In this document: piece after piece, positions 12,076-23,928 of the stretch
How the letters are laid out: each line of letters starts with the position of its first letter
How positions within the stretch are numbered: position 1 is the first letter of the stretch
Assembly: GCF_044704955.1 (NCBI RefSeq)
Contig: NW_027252668.1
Coordinates: 2,852,001-2,916,000 of the forward strand
Reading direction: 5' to 3'
Source of the DNA: Pristiophorus japonicus
Lineage: Eukaryota
DNA length: 64,000 nt
Program-made: the position numbers and the translations under genes
Notes under the pieces: generated by a model
Seen by the model: only the letters and a program-made list of their open reading frames with translations
What the model was told of the DNA's origin: nothing
The model's database searches: none

Positions 12076-14120
12076 ATGAGTGTGAGTTCATTCTGCACCT
12101 ATCTGTCTCTGGTATGTGAGTGGGAGTTCACACTGTACCTATCTGTCTCTGGTATGTGAGTGTGAGTTCATTCTGTATCTATCTGTCTCTGGTATGTGAG
12201 TGTGAGTTCACACTGTACCTATCTGTCTCTGGTATGTGAGTGGGAGTTCACACTGTACCTATCTGTCTCTGGTATGTGAGTGGGAGTTCACACTGTATCT
12301 ATCTGTCTCTGGTATGTGAGTGGGAGTTTCACTCTGTACCTATCTTTCTCTGGAATGTGAGTGTGAGTTCACACTGTATCTATCTGTCTCTGGTATTGAG
12401 TGTGAGTTCACTCTGTACCTATCTGTCTCTGGTATGTGAGTGTGAGTTCACACTGTATCTATCTGTCCCTGGTTTGTGAGTGTAAGTTCACTCTGTATCT
12501 ATCTGTCCCTGGTTTGTGAGTGTGAGTTCACTCTGTATCTATCTGTCTCTGGTATGTGAGTGTGAGTTCACTCTGTATCTATCAGTCTCTGATATGTGAG
12601 TGTGAGTTCACTCTGCACCTATCTGTCTCTGGTATGTGAGTGTGAGTTTCACTCTGTATCTATGTTTCTCTGGTATGTGAGTGTGAGTTCACTCTGTATC
12701 TATCTGTCTCTGGTATGTGAGTGTGAGTTCATTCTGTACCCATCTGTCTCTGGTATGTGAGTGGGAGTTTCACTCCGTATCTATCTGTCTCTGGTTTGTG
12801 AGTGTGTGTTCACTCTGTATCTATCTGTCTCTGATATGTGAGTGTGAGTTCATTTTGCACCTATCTGTCTCTGGTATGTGAGTGGGAGTTTCACTCCGTA
12901 TCTATCTGTCTCTGGTATGTGAGTGTGAGTTCATTCTGCACCTATCTGTCTCTGGTATGTGAGTGTGAGTTTCACTCTGTATCTATGTGTCTCGGGTATG
13001 TGAGTGTGAGTTCATTCTGTATCTATCTGTCTCTGGTATGTGAGTGTGAGTTCACACTGTATCTATCTGTCTCTGGTATGTGAGTATGAGTTCATTCTGT
13101 ATCTATCTGCCTCTGGTATGTGAGTGTGAGTTTCACTCTGTACCTTTCTGTCTCTGGTATGTGAGTGGGAGTTCACTCTGTACCTATCTGTCTCTGGTAT
13201 GTGAGTGGGAGTTCACACTGTATCTATCTGTCTCTGGTATGTGAGTGTGAGTTCATTCTGTATCTATCTGTCTCTGGTATGTGAGTGGGAGTTTCACTCT
13301 GTACCTATCTGTCTCTGGTATGTGAGTGTGAGTTCACACTGTATCTATCTGTCTCTGGTATTGAGTGTGAGTTCACTCTGTACCTATCTGTCTCTGGTTT
13401 GTGAGTGTAAGTTCACTCTGTATCCATCTGCCCCTGGTTTGTGAGTGTGAGTTCACTCTGCATCTATCTGTCTCTGGTATGTGAGTGTGAGTTCAGTCTG
13501 TATCTATCTGTCTCTGGTATGTGAGTGAGTTTCACTCTGTATCTATTTGTCTCTGGTTTGTGAGTGTGAGTTCACTCTGTATCTATTTGTCTCTGATATG
13601 TGAGTGTGAGTTTCACTCTGTATCTATTTGTCTCTGGTTTGTGAGTGTGAGTTCACTCTGTATTTATCTGTCTCTGGTATGTGAGTGTGAGTTTCACTCT
13701 GTATCTATGTGTTTCTGGTGTGAGTGGGAGTTTCATTCCGTATCTATCTGTCTCTGGTATGTGAGTGTGAGTTCATTCTGTACCAATCTGTCTCTGGTGT
13801 GAGTGTGAGTTAATTCTGTATCTATCTGTCTCTGGTATGCGAGTGTGAGTTTCACTCTGTATCTATCTGTCTCTGGTATGTGAGTGTGAGTTCATTCTGT
13901 ACCTATCTGTCTCCGGTATGTGAGTGTGAGTTTCACTCTGTATCTATGTGTCTCTGGTATGTGAGTGTGAGTTCACTCTGTATCTATCTGTCTCTGGTAT
14001 GTGAGTGTGAGTTCATTCTGTATCTAACTGTCTCTGGTCTGTGAATGTGAGTTCATTCTGTATCTATCTGTCTCTGGTATGCTAGTGTGAGTTCACACTG
14101 TATCTGTCTGTCTCTGGTAT
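12076..14120. repeat. 40-bp tandem satellite (SatC), about 50 homogeneous copies
   Basis: Consensus ATCTGTCTCTGGTATGTGAGTGTGAGTTCACTCTGTATCT, period 40-41; shares the ATCTGTCTCTGGTATGTGAG core with SatA. Confidence 0.95.
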
Positions 14121-15690
14121 GTGCGTATATGCTTTTCTCTGTATCTATTATGGGAGTCTGGGTTTTATTCTTTCCTTGTTCTGTTCTGATATGTTAGTGA
14201 GTGTCCTACTCTATAACTGCCAGTTTCTGCTTAATTGGAAGTTGCTTTTCCTTTGTATCTGCCAGTTTCAGGTATGGGCGAGACGTTATAACCCTGTTCC
14301 AGTCAATAACTGGGAAGTGAGGATGGTCTTTACTCTATCTGTCAGTATCTGTTCGGTGAGTGTGGGTTTTACTTTGTACATGTCACTTTCTGGTATGTGA
14401 TTGGGTACTTTATTCTGCACCTGTTGATTTCAAGTTAGTGGGTTAGTAATTTACACTGTATGTATCTTTCGCTAGAACATGAATGTGGCATTTACTCTGT
14501 ATCTGTCAGTATCTAAGTGTAGGTTTTATTTTACCTGTCAGTTTCTGATATGTGAGATTCAATAGATGAGTGTGGTGCTTAATCTCTGCCAGTCAGTTTC
14601 TGATTTATGAGGGTGTGTTTTATTCTGTACTTATCAGTCTATTGTATGTGAATGTGCGTTATGATCTGTATTTGTCAGTTTCTGGTATGTGAGAGTGGGG
14701 TTTATTCTGTACCTGTCAGTTTCTGATATGTGAGTGTTGGTTTAATCTGTACCTGTCAGTTTCTGGTACGTGAGAGTGGGGTTTATTCTGTACCTGTCAG
14801 TTTCTGATATGAGTGTGTTGGTTTAATCTGTACCTGTCAGTTTCTGGCTTATGAGTGGTAGTTTAACTTGTAACTGTCAGCTTTTATGTATGATACATGA
14901 ATATGGGCTTTATACTGTATGTGTCTCTCATATGCGAGTCTGTGTATATTTCTGTAACTGTCAGATTTAGGTATGTGTGTGGGGGTTTAATCTGTGCCTC
15001 TCAGTTTCTGGTGTATTTGTCTGGGTTTAATCAGCACCTATTAGCTTCTGCAATTTGGGTGTATGTTTTAGACTGTACCTGTCAGTTCCTGCTATATGAG
15101 CGGAGATTGACTCTGTATCTGCCCGTCTCTGGTATGTGAACGTGAATATCTGTTTTATGTTCTACCTGAATTTGTCTGATATGTGAGTAAAGGTTTTACC
15201 TTTCTGATAGGTGTGTGTGGGTTTCACTCTGCATCTGCCAGTTTATGAGATGGCAATATGTCTTTAGCTCAGAAACTGTCAGATTCTGCAATGCAAGTAT
15301 CAGTTTTATTTTTTACCTCTGTTTTCTGACATGTGACTCTGGGATTTACACTCTACCTGTCACTCTCTGGTGTGGAGTTTACTCTGTGCGTGTCACTTTC
15401 ATCTATGTGGGTGTGGGTTGTAGATTGTATCTGTCAGTCTATGGTACGGGAGTGTGGGTTTTATTCTGCACCTGTCATTTTCTGGTATATTCGAGATGGC
15501 TTAATACTGAATCTCTCCTTTCCTGATACGTGATTATTGCTTTTGCTCTGTACCCGTCAGCTTCTGATATGAGAGTATGGTTTTTACTTTCTAACTTATA
15601 TATTAAGGTATGTGATTGTGTGTTTTATTCTCTACCTGCCAGTTTCTGGCAAGTGAGTGCGGGTGTTTAATCTACATGTCAGTTTGATCT
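14120..15690. repeat. Degenerate ~41-bp satellite
   Basis: TCTGTACCTGTCAGTTTCTG(G/A)TATGTGAGTGTGGGTTTTA units, clearest at 14670-14850. Confidence 0.8.
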
Positions 15691-16185
15691 GTTTCAATGG
15701 TGAAACAGCGTCTGATTCTACTGCTCCTTGTAAGATTCACAATGTAACTCTTGTACTGTGGATTACTGTGGGACTGACTGCTTCTGCTGCCTGTGATAAT
15801 AGGATTGAGGCCAGTTCTGTGTCTCTGCGCTCTGTGAGTGATAATGTACTTACTGTGTGTGGGAAGGAGCTGCCTGCACTGGTTGACAGTCCGTGTATGC
15901 CAGCAGTGTGGATTGACACTGTGTCAGTGTCTATCTGTTCCTGTGTTTGTGAGTAAGTGAGTGAAATGGATCTGTCTCTCAGTGTGATATGTTTGGACTT
16001 TAAAACAACATCTTATTGTACTGCTCCAAGTGACTGTGGGATTCATAATGTAACTCTGGAAATTCGGATCACTGTGGGACTGACAGCTTCTGCTGCCTAT
16101 GACAATAGGATTGAGACCAGTTCTGTGTCTCTGCGTTCTGTAAGTGATAATATACTTACTGTGAGTGAGAAGGAGCTGACAGCAC
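15690..16185. repeat. Two diverged tandem copies of a ~306-bp unit
   Basis: ACTGTGGGACTGAC(T/A)GCTTCTGCTGCCT...AATAGGATTGAG...GAAGGAGCTG at 15765 and 16071. Confidence 0.75.
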
Positions 16186-16909
16186 TGTTCCTTGTGTTCC
16201 GGGTGGAGGAAAGATCACATTTATTCAGGCTCAGTGAAGTACTTCTCTCTGAGAATAATAATACGAGAACAATATTAGTTATGATATGGACAGGTGAGTG
16301 AGAGAATAAAAAAAGTAAAGTTATAATTAACATGTTTGTTTATAATAAAGTAAAGTATCTGGAGAGGGGAAACCACGATACAAACAGCACTGGTCCATGA
16401 ATAGGACCACCCGATTGGAACAGTTCAGGTTTAAATCTCCCACGGGACTACTTGTAAAATTCTGAATCTCTTCCTGGAATATAACTATAGTACCTGGGCT
16501 GTACAACACTTGTTTTCAGACTTTTGAAACCGAGTTGAGGGCCTGTGTAGTTAACAGAATGTCACAGAGCCCAGATCCTGATGTATCTGAGGGAGCGACA
16601 GGCTCTCGATCACCAGCAACACGGTTCTAGACAACTCAATGCACCAAAACAAAATAACCGATGCTTGAAATGTCTTCTCCCACACTCCTCACCTGGTGTC
16701 TGCAATAGATACACTTTGTGACACTCCTCACATCCTCACCGTCAGGCTGTGTTTCCACTGTTCACTGTCGAAGAACAACAAACACGGTGAGATTGGGATT
16801 GAATCAGGAACATTCACTACTGATTTGGGGAAAGAAAGCAGCAATGATTTGAAAGAGCGAGGTGACTTACTTTCACTGTTACCCCACACTGTATACACAA
16901 CTATTTTCA

Positions 16910-17295
16910 TAAAACATTAAATCAAGTGCCCCCTTATTAAAGGGGCATTAAAACAGACAAATTTAACTTTGGCATTAAATGGATCAAATTAAAATTTGGT
17001 TTCCGGGAGTGATGATGCACTCCAGTCCCTCCGGCGCCCACCTCTCACAGAAGGCCGCGAGCGTACCGGTGAACACCGCGTGCTCCATCTCCAGGGACAC
17101 CCTGGCTCGAACATAACCGTGGAAGAGAGGCAGGCAGTCAGACTGAACACCCCCTCGACCGCCCGTGGCCTGGACCGGTTAATGGCTACCTTGGCCATGC
17201 CCAGGAGCAGTCCTACGAGGAGGCCTTCCAATCTGCCTGCTCCCCTCCGCACAGGGGGCCCAAAGATCAGGAGCGGGGGACTGAAGTGCAAATGA
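16910..17295 (-). mobile_element. Tx1-like (L1/Tx1 clade) LINE 3' end
   Basis: LHFSPPLLIFGPPVRRGAGRLEGLLVGLLLGMAKVAI, then a frameshift into PLFHGYVRARVSLEMEHAVFTGTLAAFCERWAPEGLECIITPGNQILI* (stop 16986-16984). Resembles Tx1 ORF2 C-termini; assigned from recall, not a search. Confidence 0.7.
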
Positions 17296-17859
17296 TTAAC
17301 GAGTGTCATCCTTATGCAGGAGCATTAAGCAAACTCTACCAAGTAACGTTCATTGGTTCATGTGCAACGGCCTGCGGAGAATCATGAGATGCTACTGTAA
17401 GAACTGCTTACAACCAGAGTCATCAGAGGACCATTTTATCCTCAAGTAGAAAGTAAGAGACTGTCCACACACAGCCCGAGAATGGCCTCTCCCTTCCCCC
17501 ACTCACTCCATGTTCCGGAACTAGTTCCTGCTCCACTCTGCCTCTGACAAACAAACAGCCCCCGACGGAACTAAACCAGGAACGTTCAGTCCTGGTGAGG
17601 AGAGAGAAAGCAGCAATGATTGTAAACAGCAGATTCTGCCCATTCTGTCTCCCTTCCCCCTGGACACACACTGTCCACACACAGCCCGAGAATGGCCTCT
17701 CCCTCCCCCGACTCACACCACGCACTGACACTGGTTCTTGCTCCACTCCGCCCCTTACACACAGCCCCCGACTCTCCCCGGACTCAGTGACGGTCTCTGA
17801 GCCCATCTGCGGACACGCTCCCAAAGCGCTGCGCTGCTGTAAGGAGGCTGCTGCTCGCT

Positions 17860-18030
17860 GCCTTACCCCGGGGCCGCGGGCTCTCCATTCCCGGCTGTTT
17901 GAAACCATCTTCTTCCGCTCACTGAGTGAATGGCGATCACAGGCAGGGCTGGGGGAAGGGAGGGCGCATGCGCTCTTCTGCTCACTGGGAATCGACACAG
18001 GGGGCGGGGCTAGACCGCGCATGCGCAGCT
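17860..18030 (-). promoter_or_regulatory. CpG-rich promoter-like region with candidate first exon
   Basis: Two NRF1 palindromes GCGCATGCGC (17964-17973, 18017-18026), GC box at 18001-18010, minus-strand CGGAAGAAGATGG and splice donor GG|GTAAGG at 17867/17866. Confidence 0.55.
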
Positions 18031-18990
18031 ATCTGCAATAATTCAGCCTGAAAAAATCAAAATGCACTTTTCCCAATTTACTTTTATCAGAATCTGACAA
18101 AGGAACTGGGCCTGGGGGGAAAGGACAGAGAATGATTAAAGCTGGGAGCCTTGTCCCTTGGAGATGCTCAATTTGGGATCATTCCGTGCAGGGTGTTTCT
18201 CTCTCCATGAGCCCGTCTTCACAAAGCAATCCTGCAGAAACATCGGAGGGACGAGGGAGTGGGAGTGTTTGCTGGGACCGTGCAGGAGTTAATATCTGAC
18301 AGAAAGAGTCCGAGATTAGTTTAAACACTCTCACTGTGAGTAATATCGAAGTGTACAATCAAGAGGTTATAGGTAGGGAGGAACTTATTACAATCACTGT
18401 CACTAATGAAGTAGTACTCGGTAAAATAATGGGACGAAAGATGGACAAGTCCCCTGGACCTGATGGCTTACATCCTTTGGTCTTAAGAAATGTGGCTGTA
18501 GAGATAGTGGATGCATTGTTTGTAATCTACCAAAATTCCCTGGATTCTGGAGAGGTCCGAGCAGATTAGAAAACCACAAATGTAACACCCTTATTTAAAA
18601 AAGGAGGCAGACAAAAAGCAGGTGTATTTGGATTCTCAGAAGGCATTCGATAAAGTGCCACCTAAGAGGTTACTGCACAAGATAAAAGCTCACGGGGTTG
18701 GGAATAATATATGCTTGGATAGAGGATTAGTTAACAAACAGAAAACAGAGAGTCGAGATGAATGGGTCATTTTTCAGTTGGCAAACAATAACTAGTGGGG
18801 TGCTGCAGGGATTGGTGCTGGGTACTCAACTATTTACAATCTATATTAATGACTTGGACGAAGGGACTGAGTTTAATGTAGCCAAGTTTACCGATGATAC
18901 AAAGATGGGTGGGAAAGCAAATTGTGAGGAAGGCACAAAAAATCTGCAAAGGGATATAGACAGGCTAAGTGAGTGAGCATAAATGTGGCC

Positions 18991-19098
18991 CATAAGAGCA
19001 TAAGAAATAGGAGCAGGAGTAGACCATATAGTCCCTCGAGCCTGGTCCGCCATTTAGTGTGATCATGGCTGATCCGATCATGGACTCAGGTTCACTTC
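18991..19098 (-). mobile_element. Short antisense CR1 3'-tail insertion
   Basis: CATAAGAGCATAAGAAATAGGAGCAGGAGTAG... interrupts the host CR1 between the W and QMEYN codons. Confidence 0.75.
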
Positions 19099-19804
19099 CA
19101 GATGGAGTACAATGTGGGAAAATGTGAGGTTATCTACTTTGGCAGAAATAATAGAAAAGCAAATTATAATTTAAATAGAGAAAAATTGCAAAGTGCAGCA
19201 GTACAAAGTGATCTGGAGGTCCTCGTGTATGAAGCACAAAAAGTTTGCATGCAGGTACAGCAAGTAATCAGGAAGACAAATGGAATGTTGGCCTTTATTG
19301 CAAGGGGGATAGAGTCTAAAAACAAAGAAGTCCTACTACAACTGTACAGGGTATTGGTGAGGCCACACCTGGAGTACTGTGTACAGTTTTGGTCTCTGTA
19401 TTTAAGGAAGGATATACTTGCAATGGAGGCTGTTCAGAGAAGGTTCACTTAGTTGATTCCGAAGATGAGGCGGTTGACTTATGAGGATAGGTTTGAGTAG
19501 ATTGGGCCTAAAAACATTGGAGTTCAGAAGAATAAGAGGTGATCTTATTGAAATTTATAAGATAATGAGGGGACTTGACAAGGTGGATACAGAGAGGATA
19601 TTTCCACTCATGGGGCAACTAAAACTAGGGGACATAATCTTAGAATTAGGGGCTGCCCATTTAAAACTGGGATGAGGAGGAATTTCTTCTCTCAGAGGGT
19701 TGTAAATCTATGGAATTATCTGTGCCAGAGAGCTGTGGAGTCTGTGTCATTGAATATATTTAAGGCGGAGACAGACAGATTTTTGTGCGATAATGGAGTA
19801 AAGG

Positions 19805-20006
19805 TGTTGTGTGTGGAGAAAGTGTGAACACTGAACTCAAAGTAAAGTGTGACCTTAGTCTTTCATTGCAGGTCTCCAGAGTGCCTTTCCAACCTGGGAA
19901 GCCTCCTTAAATACCTGTGCTCCCAAAGGATTATGGGATCCTTGGGACTCCAGGGGATGAGCCCTCTGGTGGCTGTACAGAGTAAATACAAGTATACAGA
20001 GGAACA
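19805..20006 (-). mobile_element. Solo LTR (202 bp) with 5-bp target-site duplication
   Basis: TGTT...AACA termini; AAAGG at 19800-19804 and 20007-20011; interrupts the CR1 GVKG|YAERAGKWS end. Minus strand has TATTTAA and AATGAAA. Confidence 0.8.
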
Positions 20007-20582
20007 AAAGGTTTATGCGGAGCGGGCAGGGAAATGGAGCTGAGTCCATGATCAGATCAGCCATGATCTTATTGAATGGCAGAGCAGGCTCGAGGGACCA
20101 AATGGCCTACTCCTGCTCTGATTTGGTATGTTCTTGTGGCCCTGAACGGCAAGATTGCAGAGAGTACAACAGCCAAGCGAGTGACAAATGTGGGACACTG
20201 TTTCTCTCACTCTCTGACACTGTCCCGCAGTGTGGGATTCATAACGTGTCTGTCTCTGGTACAATATCAGTGAGAGAGGAGACTGCATCTTCTGTCTCTC
20301 CAGAATAAAACGGGACTTCACAGGTCAGTCTGGAACTGATACTGTGTATGTCTTTCTGTGCCTCGCCGCCCTACCTCGCACGCTTCTGTCTCTCGCTCAG
20401 CTCTCTCCCCTCGCTCTGCCTCTCTGTTGCTATCCGCTCTCTCTTGTACTGGTTGTGAAGGCGAGATACTGTTATTTAGCGTGATGTGGAAACACTGTCG
20501 GAAGTGCAAGACGGATAATGTCTCTGTTTCTCTCTCGGTGCAATACGTGAAGGTGTGGCACTGTTACTGAGCGTATTATGGA

Positions 20583-20754
20583 AACATAAGAACATAAGAA
20601 CATAAGAATTAGGAACAGGAGTAGGCCATCTAGCTCCTCGAGCCTGCTCCGCCATTCAACAAGATCATGGCTGATCTGGCCGTGGACTCAGCTCCACTTA
20701 CCCGCCCGCTCCCCGTAACCCTTAATTCCCTTATTGGTTAAAAATCTATCTATC
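20583..20754 (-). mobile_element. Short CR1 3' end with intact octamer tail
   Basis: (AACATAAG)3 tail, CR1 3' UTR and ...IKGYGERAGKWS* codons on the minus strand. Confidence 0.85.
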
Positions 20755-21675
20755 TGGTACAAAGTGTAAAACTGATACTGTATCTGTGTCTTTTCCGCTG
20801 GTGCTGTACATTAATGTGTGATACTATTATTGAGCGTAATATGGAGACACAGTTCAGGAGTTTAAGATTGAAACTGTGTCTGTCTCTCTGATAGCCGTCT
20901 CTGGGTGTTGAGTATGGGATTGATAGGACACCAGTTACTGTTACATGTCCCTCAATTTCGGAGGAGAGAGACAAAGAGAGGCTGCAGGGGCGGTGAGCTC
21001 ATAATTTGTATTTTCATGTTAGTCAAACATATTTCTGCATTCGAACAATACAACAACTTAAAAGCAGATATGGGTTAAGCCAGCCACAGCTGTGATTGGC
21101 TCCTGCCCCTGAATCTGGGAACAGACACTGTGAGGAGCGCCGGCCTCACTGACTGAGCTGGGAAACTACAACTGACCCGAGAATCGGCAGCAAATCCGAG
21201 CGGAGAGGAAAACCTGTGCTGGGAACTGTAAATCTGGGAACAGTTTGTGCTGTGAATGTGCAGATTTCAACATTGTGTGAGCGAGAGTGTGTTAAAGGGA
21301 CGGGCGGGTTAGACTAATGTCACTGTGTTTGTGTGTCCGCTCTCATCGCCGGATTTCAGAGTCCCTCTTGTGTAAAATTCAAAGATTTCCCCGTCACAGG
21401 ATCGCCCTGCTGCCCTGCTCAGGTCTGAAGTGGGAATGAATCAGAAAGTTTGATTTGATTTCAAATTTCAGTCAAAAACAGAGAAAATATCCGCGATCGG
21501 CTGAGAGAGCGCGACCAGTGCAGCAATGAAACGGGTTTAAATCGAAATTGCTGCCTTCAATTCGGATGGAACTTTCTCGGCAGCAAACATCCCGGTCTTC
21601 GGGACAGAAAGAGGCCAGTCTGGGAATGTGGAGGGCCCGAGTTGAATTGGAATCGGAGAGTTAGTGAGGAGAGAG

Positions 21676-21750
21676 AAACACAGAGAGGCTGGAGGGGCCG
21701 GGAGCTGACAGCAGGATGTCTCCTCCCCGTCCGCTCGCTGCCTTTAAGTT
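21676..21750 (+). promoter_or_regulatory. H1 promoter: H1 box and TATA-like element
   Basis: AAACACA (H1 AC box) at 21676-21682, G-rich GGAGGGGCCGGG, and TTTAAG near 21743. Confidence 0.65.
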
Positions 21751-21824
21751 GCTCTGTGTCGCCGCCTCTCGTTTCATTTCTGACCCAGCTCTGACTGTCA
21801 GAGAGATTTTCTAGAGTCGCGGAC

Positions 21825-22487
21825 ATGACTGATACTGCAGCCGCCGAAACGGCTCCTCCTGCCGCCGTCGCTCAAACCAAGGCTCCCAGCAAGAAGAAGA
21901 AGGCGGCTCCTCGCTCCGGGCCAGCCGGTCCCAAGTTGGGTGACCAGATCCTCAAGGTTGTGGCCGATGGCAAGGATCGCAGGGGAACGTCCCTGGCCGC
22001 GATAAAGAAGGCTCTGGCGGCCAAAGGCGTCGATGTGGAGAAGCGCGGCTTCCAGATCAGGTCCAGTATCAAGAAGAATGTGATGAATGGCTCCCTGAAG
22101 CAGATCAAGGGCACGGGCGCCTCGGGCTCATTCAAAATCGCTAATATTGATCCCCAGGGGAAAGTGGGAAAGAAGGTGAAGAAGCCAGCAGCCAAGAAAG
22201 CAGCAGCCAAGAAATCTCCAGCAAAGAAAGCAGCAACCAAGAAATCTCCAGCAAAGAAAGCAGCAGCCAAGAAATCTCCAGCAAAGAAAGTAGCAGCCAA
22301 GAAAACGAGCACCAAGAAGGCGCTAACGGCAAAAAAGACAGCGAAAGGACCGGCTGGGAAGAAGGCGGCGGCGAAGAAGCCCAAGAGCCCCAAGAAAGTG
22401 AAGGCGGCCAAGAAGGTGGAGAACCCGAGGGTCAAGGCCACGTCCAAATCAGTAAAGGCCAAGAAAGCAGCGCCCCCCCAAAAATAA
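21825..22487 (+). CDS. H1: Linker histone H1 (220 aa), replication-dependent
   Basis: Globular domain (RRGTSLAAIKKAL...LKQIKGTGASGSFK), Lys/Ala/Pro tail with KKSPAKK repeats, no introns, stem-loop downstream. Confidence 0.97.
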   Translation: MTDTAAAETAPPAAVAQTKAPSKKKKAAPRSGPAGPKLGDQILKVVADGKDRRGTSLAAIKKALAAKGVDVEKRGFQIRSSIKKNVMNGSLKQIKGTGASGSFKIANIDPQGKVGKKVKKPAAKKAAAKKSPAKKAATKKSPAKKAAAKKSPAKKVAAKKTSTKKALTAKKTAKGPAGKKAAAKKPKSPKKVKAAKKVENPRVKATSKSVKAKKAAPPQK

Positions 22488-22517
22488 AAAGGCAACTTCT
22501 AAACATTTCAACCCAAA

Positions 22518-22558
22518 GGCTCTTCTCAGAGCCACCCACGCCTCTCAGAAAAGAGCTG
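22518..22558 (+). terminator. H1 3' stem-loop and histone downstream element
   Basis: GGCTCTTCTCAGAGCC-ACCCA followed by CAGAAAAGAGCTG. Confidence 0.92.
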
Positions 22559-22671
22559 ATCCCGGAATCAATTAATCCCTGTCTCGGGCTCAGATTCCAG
22601 ATAGAAATCATTGAAAATGACCTCGGGATCCCTCGTGACTCGTTGGCATTGGCTGCAACCCACCGCGTCCA

Positions 22672-22916
22672 CAGTGTTTGCACCCACCCCTCCCTCAGTG
22701 TCTGCACCCGTCCCTCCCTCAGTGTCTGCACCCGCCCCTCTCCCAGCGTCTGCACCCACCCCTGCCCCAGTGTCTGCACCCACCCCCCCCCCCCAGTGTC
22801 TGCACCCATCCCTCCCCCAGTGTCTGCACCCACCCCTCCCCCAGTGTCTGCACCCACCCCTCCCCCAGTGTCTGCACCCACCCTCCAGTGTCTGCACACA
22901 CCCCTCCCCCAGTGCC
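22672..22916. repeat. 24-bp C-rich minisatellite (~10 copies) in the H1-H4 spacer
   Basis: CAGTGTCTGCACCCACCCCTCCCC units; period 24 (22801, 22825, 22849). Confidence 0.92.
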
Positions 22917-23573
22917 TACAATAAAACACAGAGAATGGGATGTCCGGCCCGGGCCTCACTGCAACTGGGGATTGAGTCCGGCTCCAGTCTCAGTTCCTGG
23001 TCATTGTCATTTCACAGATTCAGGGGGAAGAGTATCTGTGAGACGATAGGACTGGCGGCGATACCCCGCCTCACAACTCAAACCCCAAACTCCAGATTCT
23101 CCAAATCAGCTGGAATAAGGTGTTTGTAAACTGCTGAACCGGTCTGTGAGAGGAGATGGAATAAGGTCTGAGATTGACAGGGAACGGACTATATAGGCGG
23201 GAATATTTCTGATTGTTAATTGTACCAGGACCTTATTTAAAAGCTTCTGGTCCCTGGAAGCCTTGAATATGAATTCAGAGTCTGTAAGGGTTTGTGCGGA
23301 GCGCTGTGTATCGGTTGTATTGTGGAGAAAACAATTTGAAATTGGCGGTTGCAGAAAGCTGGAGGTGGAGCTGGAAGATCAGAGGCGGCGCTCTGCTCTG
23401 TCTCTAAATCTTGATTCTGTCTCCTCCCCTACCGCGCTCTCTGTTTAATCTCTCACTCTGTCTCCTGCCCTTCCCGGCTCTCTCACTCTGCGCTTTCTCA
23501 GTCAGGTCGGGGCCTGCTCGATAAAAAAGGAGCCAAGAGGAGTTGGTTCCTCATTCAGCGACAGTTTGAGTGA

Positions 23574-23894
<321 letters not shown>

Positions 23895-23928
23895 ACAACT
23901 CCACCCTTTCCACCCAGCACAACACAAA

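Larger units (their letters stand above)
18330..20140 (+). mobile_element. Degenerate CR1 ORF2 (RT) and 3' UTR with internal deletions and two nested insertions
   Basis: KSPGPDGLHP, QKAFDKVP, GVLQGLVLG, FTDDTK, LVRPHLEYCVQFWS in broken frames; tail TGGTATGTTCTT near 20130. Confidence 0.9.

Noticed and set aside
12076-14120. Regular 40-bp repeats superficially like a CRISPR array (also SatA and SatB)
   Set aside because: Head-to-tail monomers with no unique spacers, no cas genes, and a vertebrate context.
17423-18041. 199-aa and 148-aa ORFs in the CpG-rich region
   Set aside because: No recognisable domain; they overlap promoter motifs and an internal duplication and are explained by high GC.
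21155-21235. ZNF143/Staf-like motifs (ACTACAA; GCTGGGAACTGTA) upstream of H1
   Set aside because: Partial matches only, about 600 bp from the ATG; could be chance.
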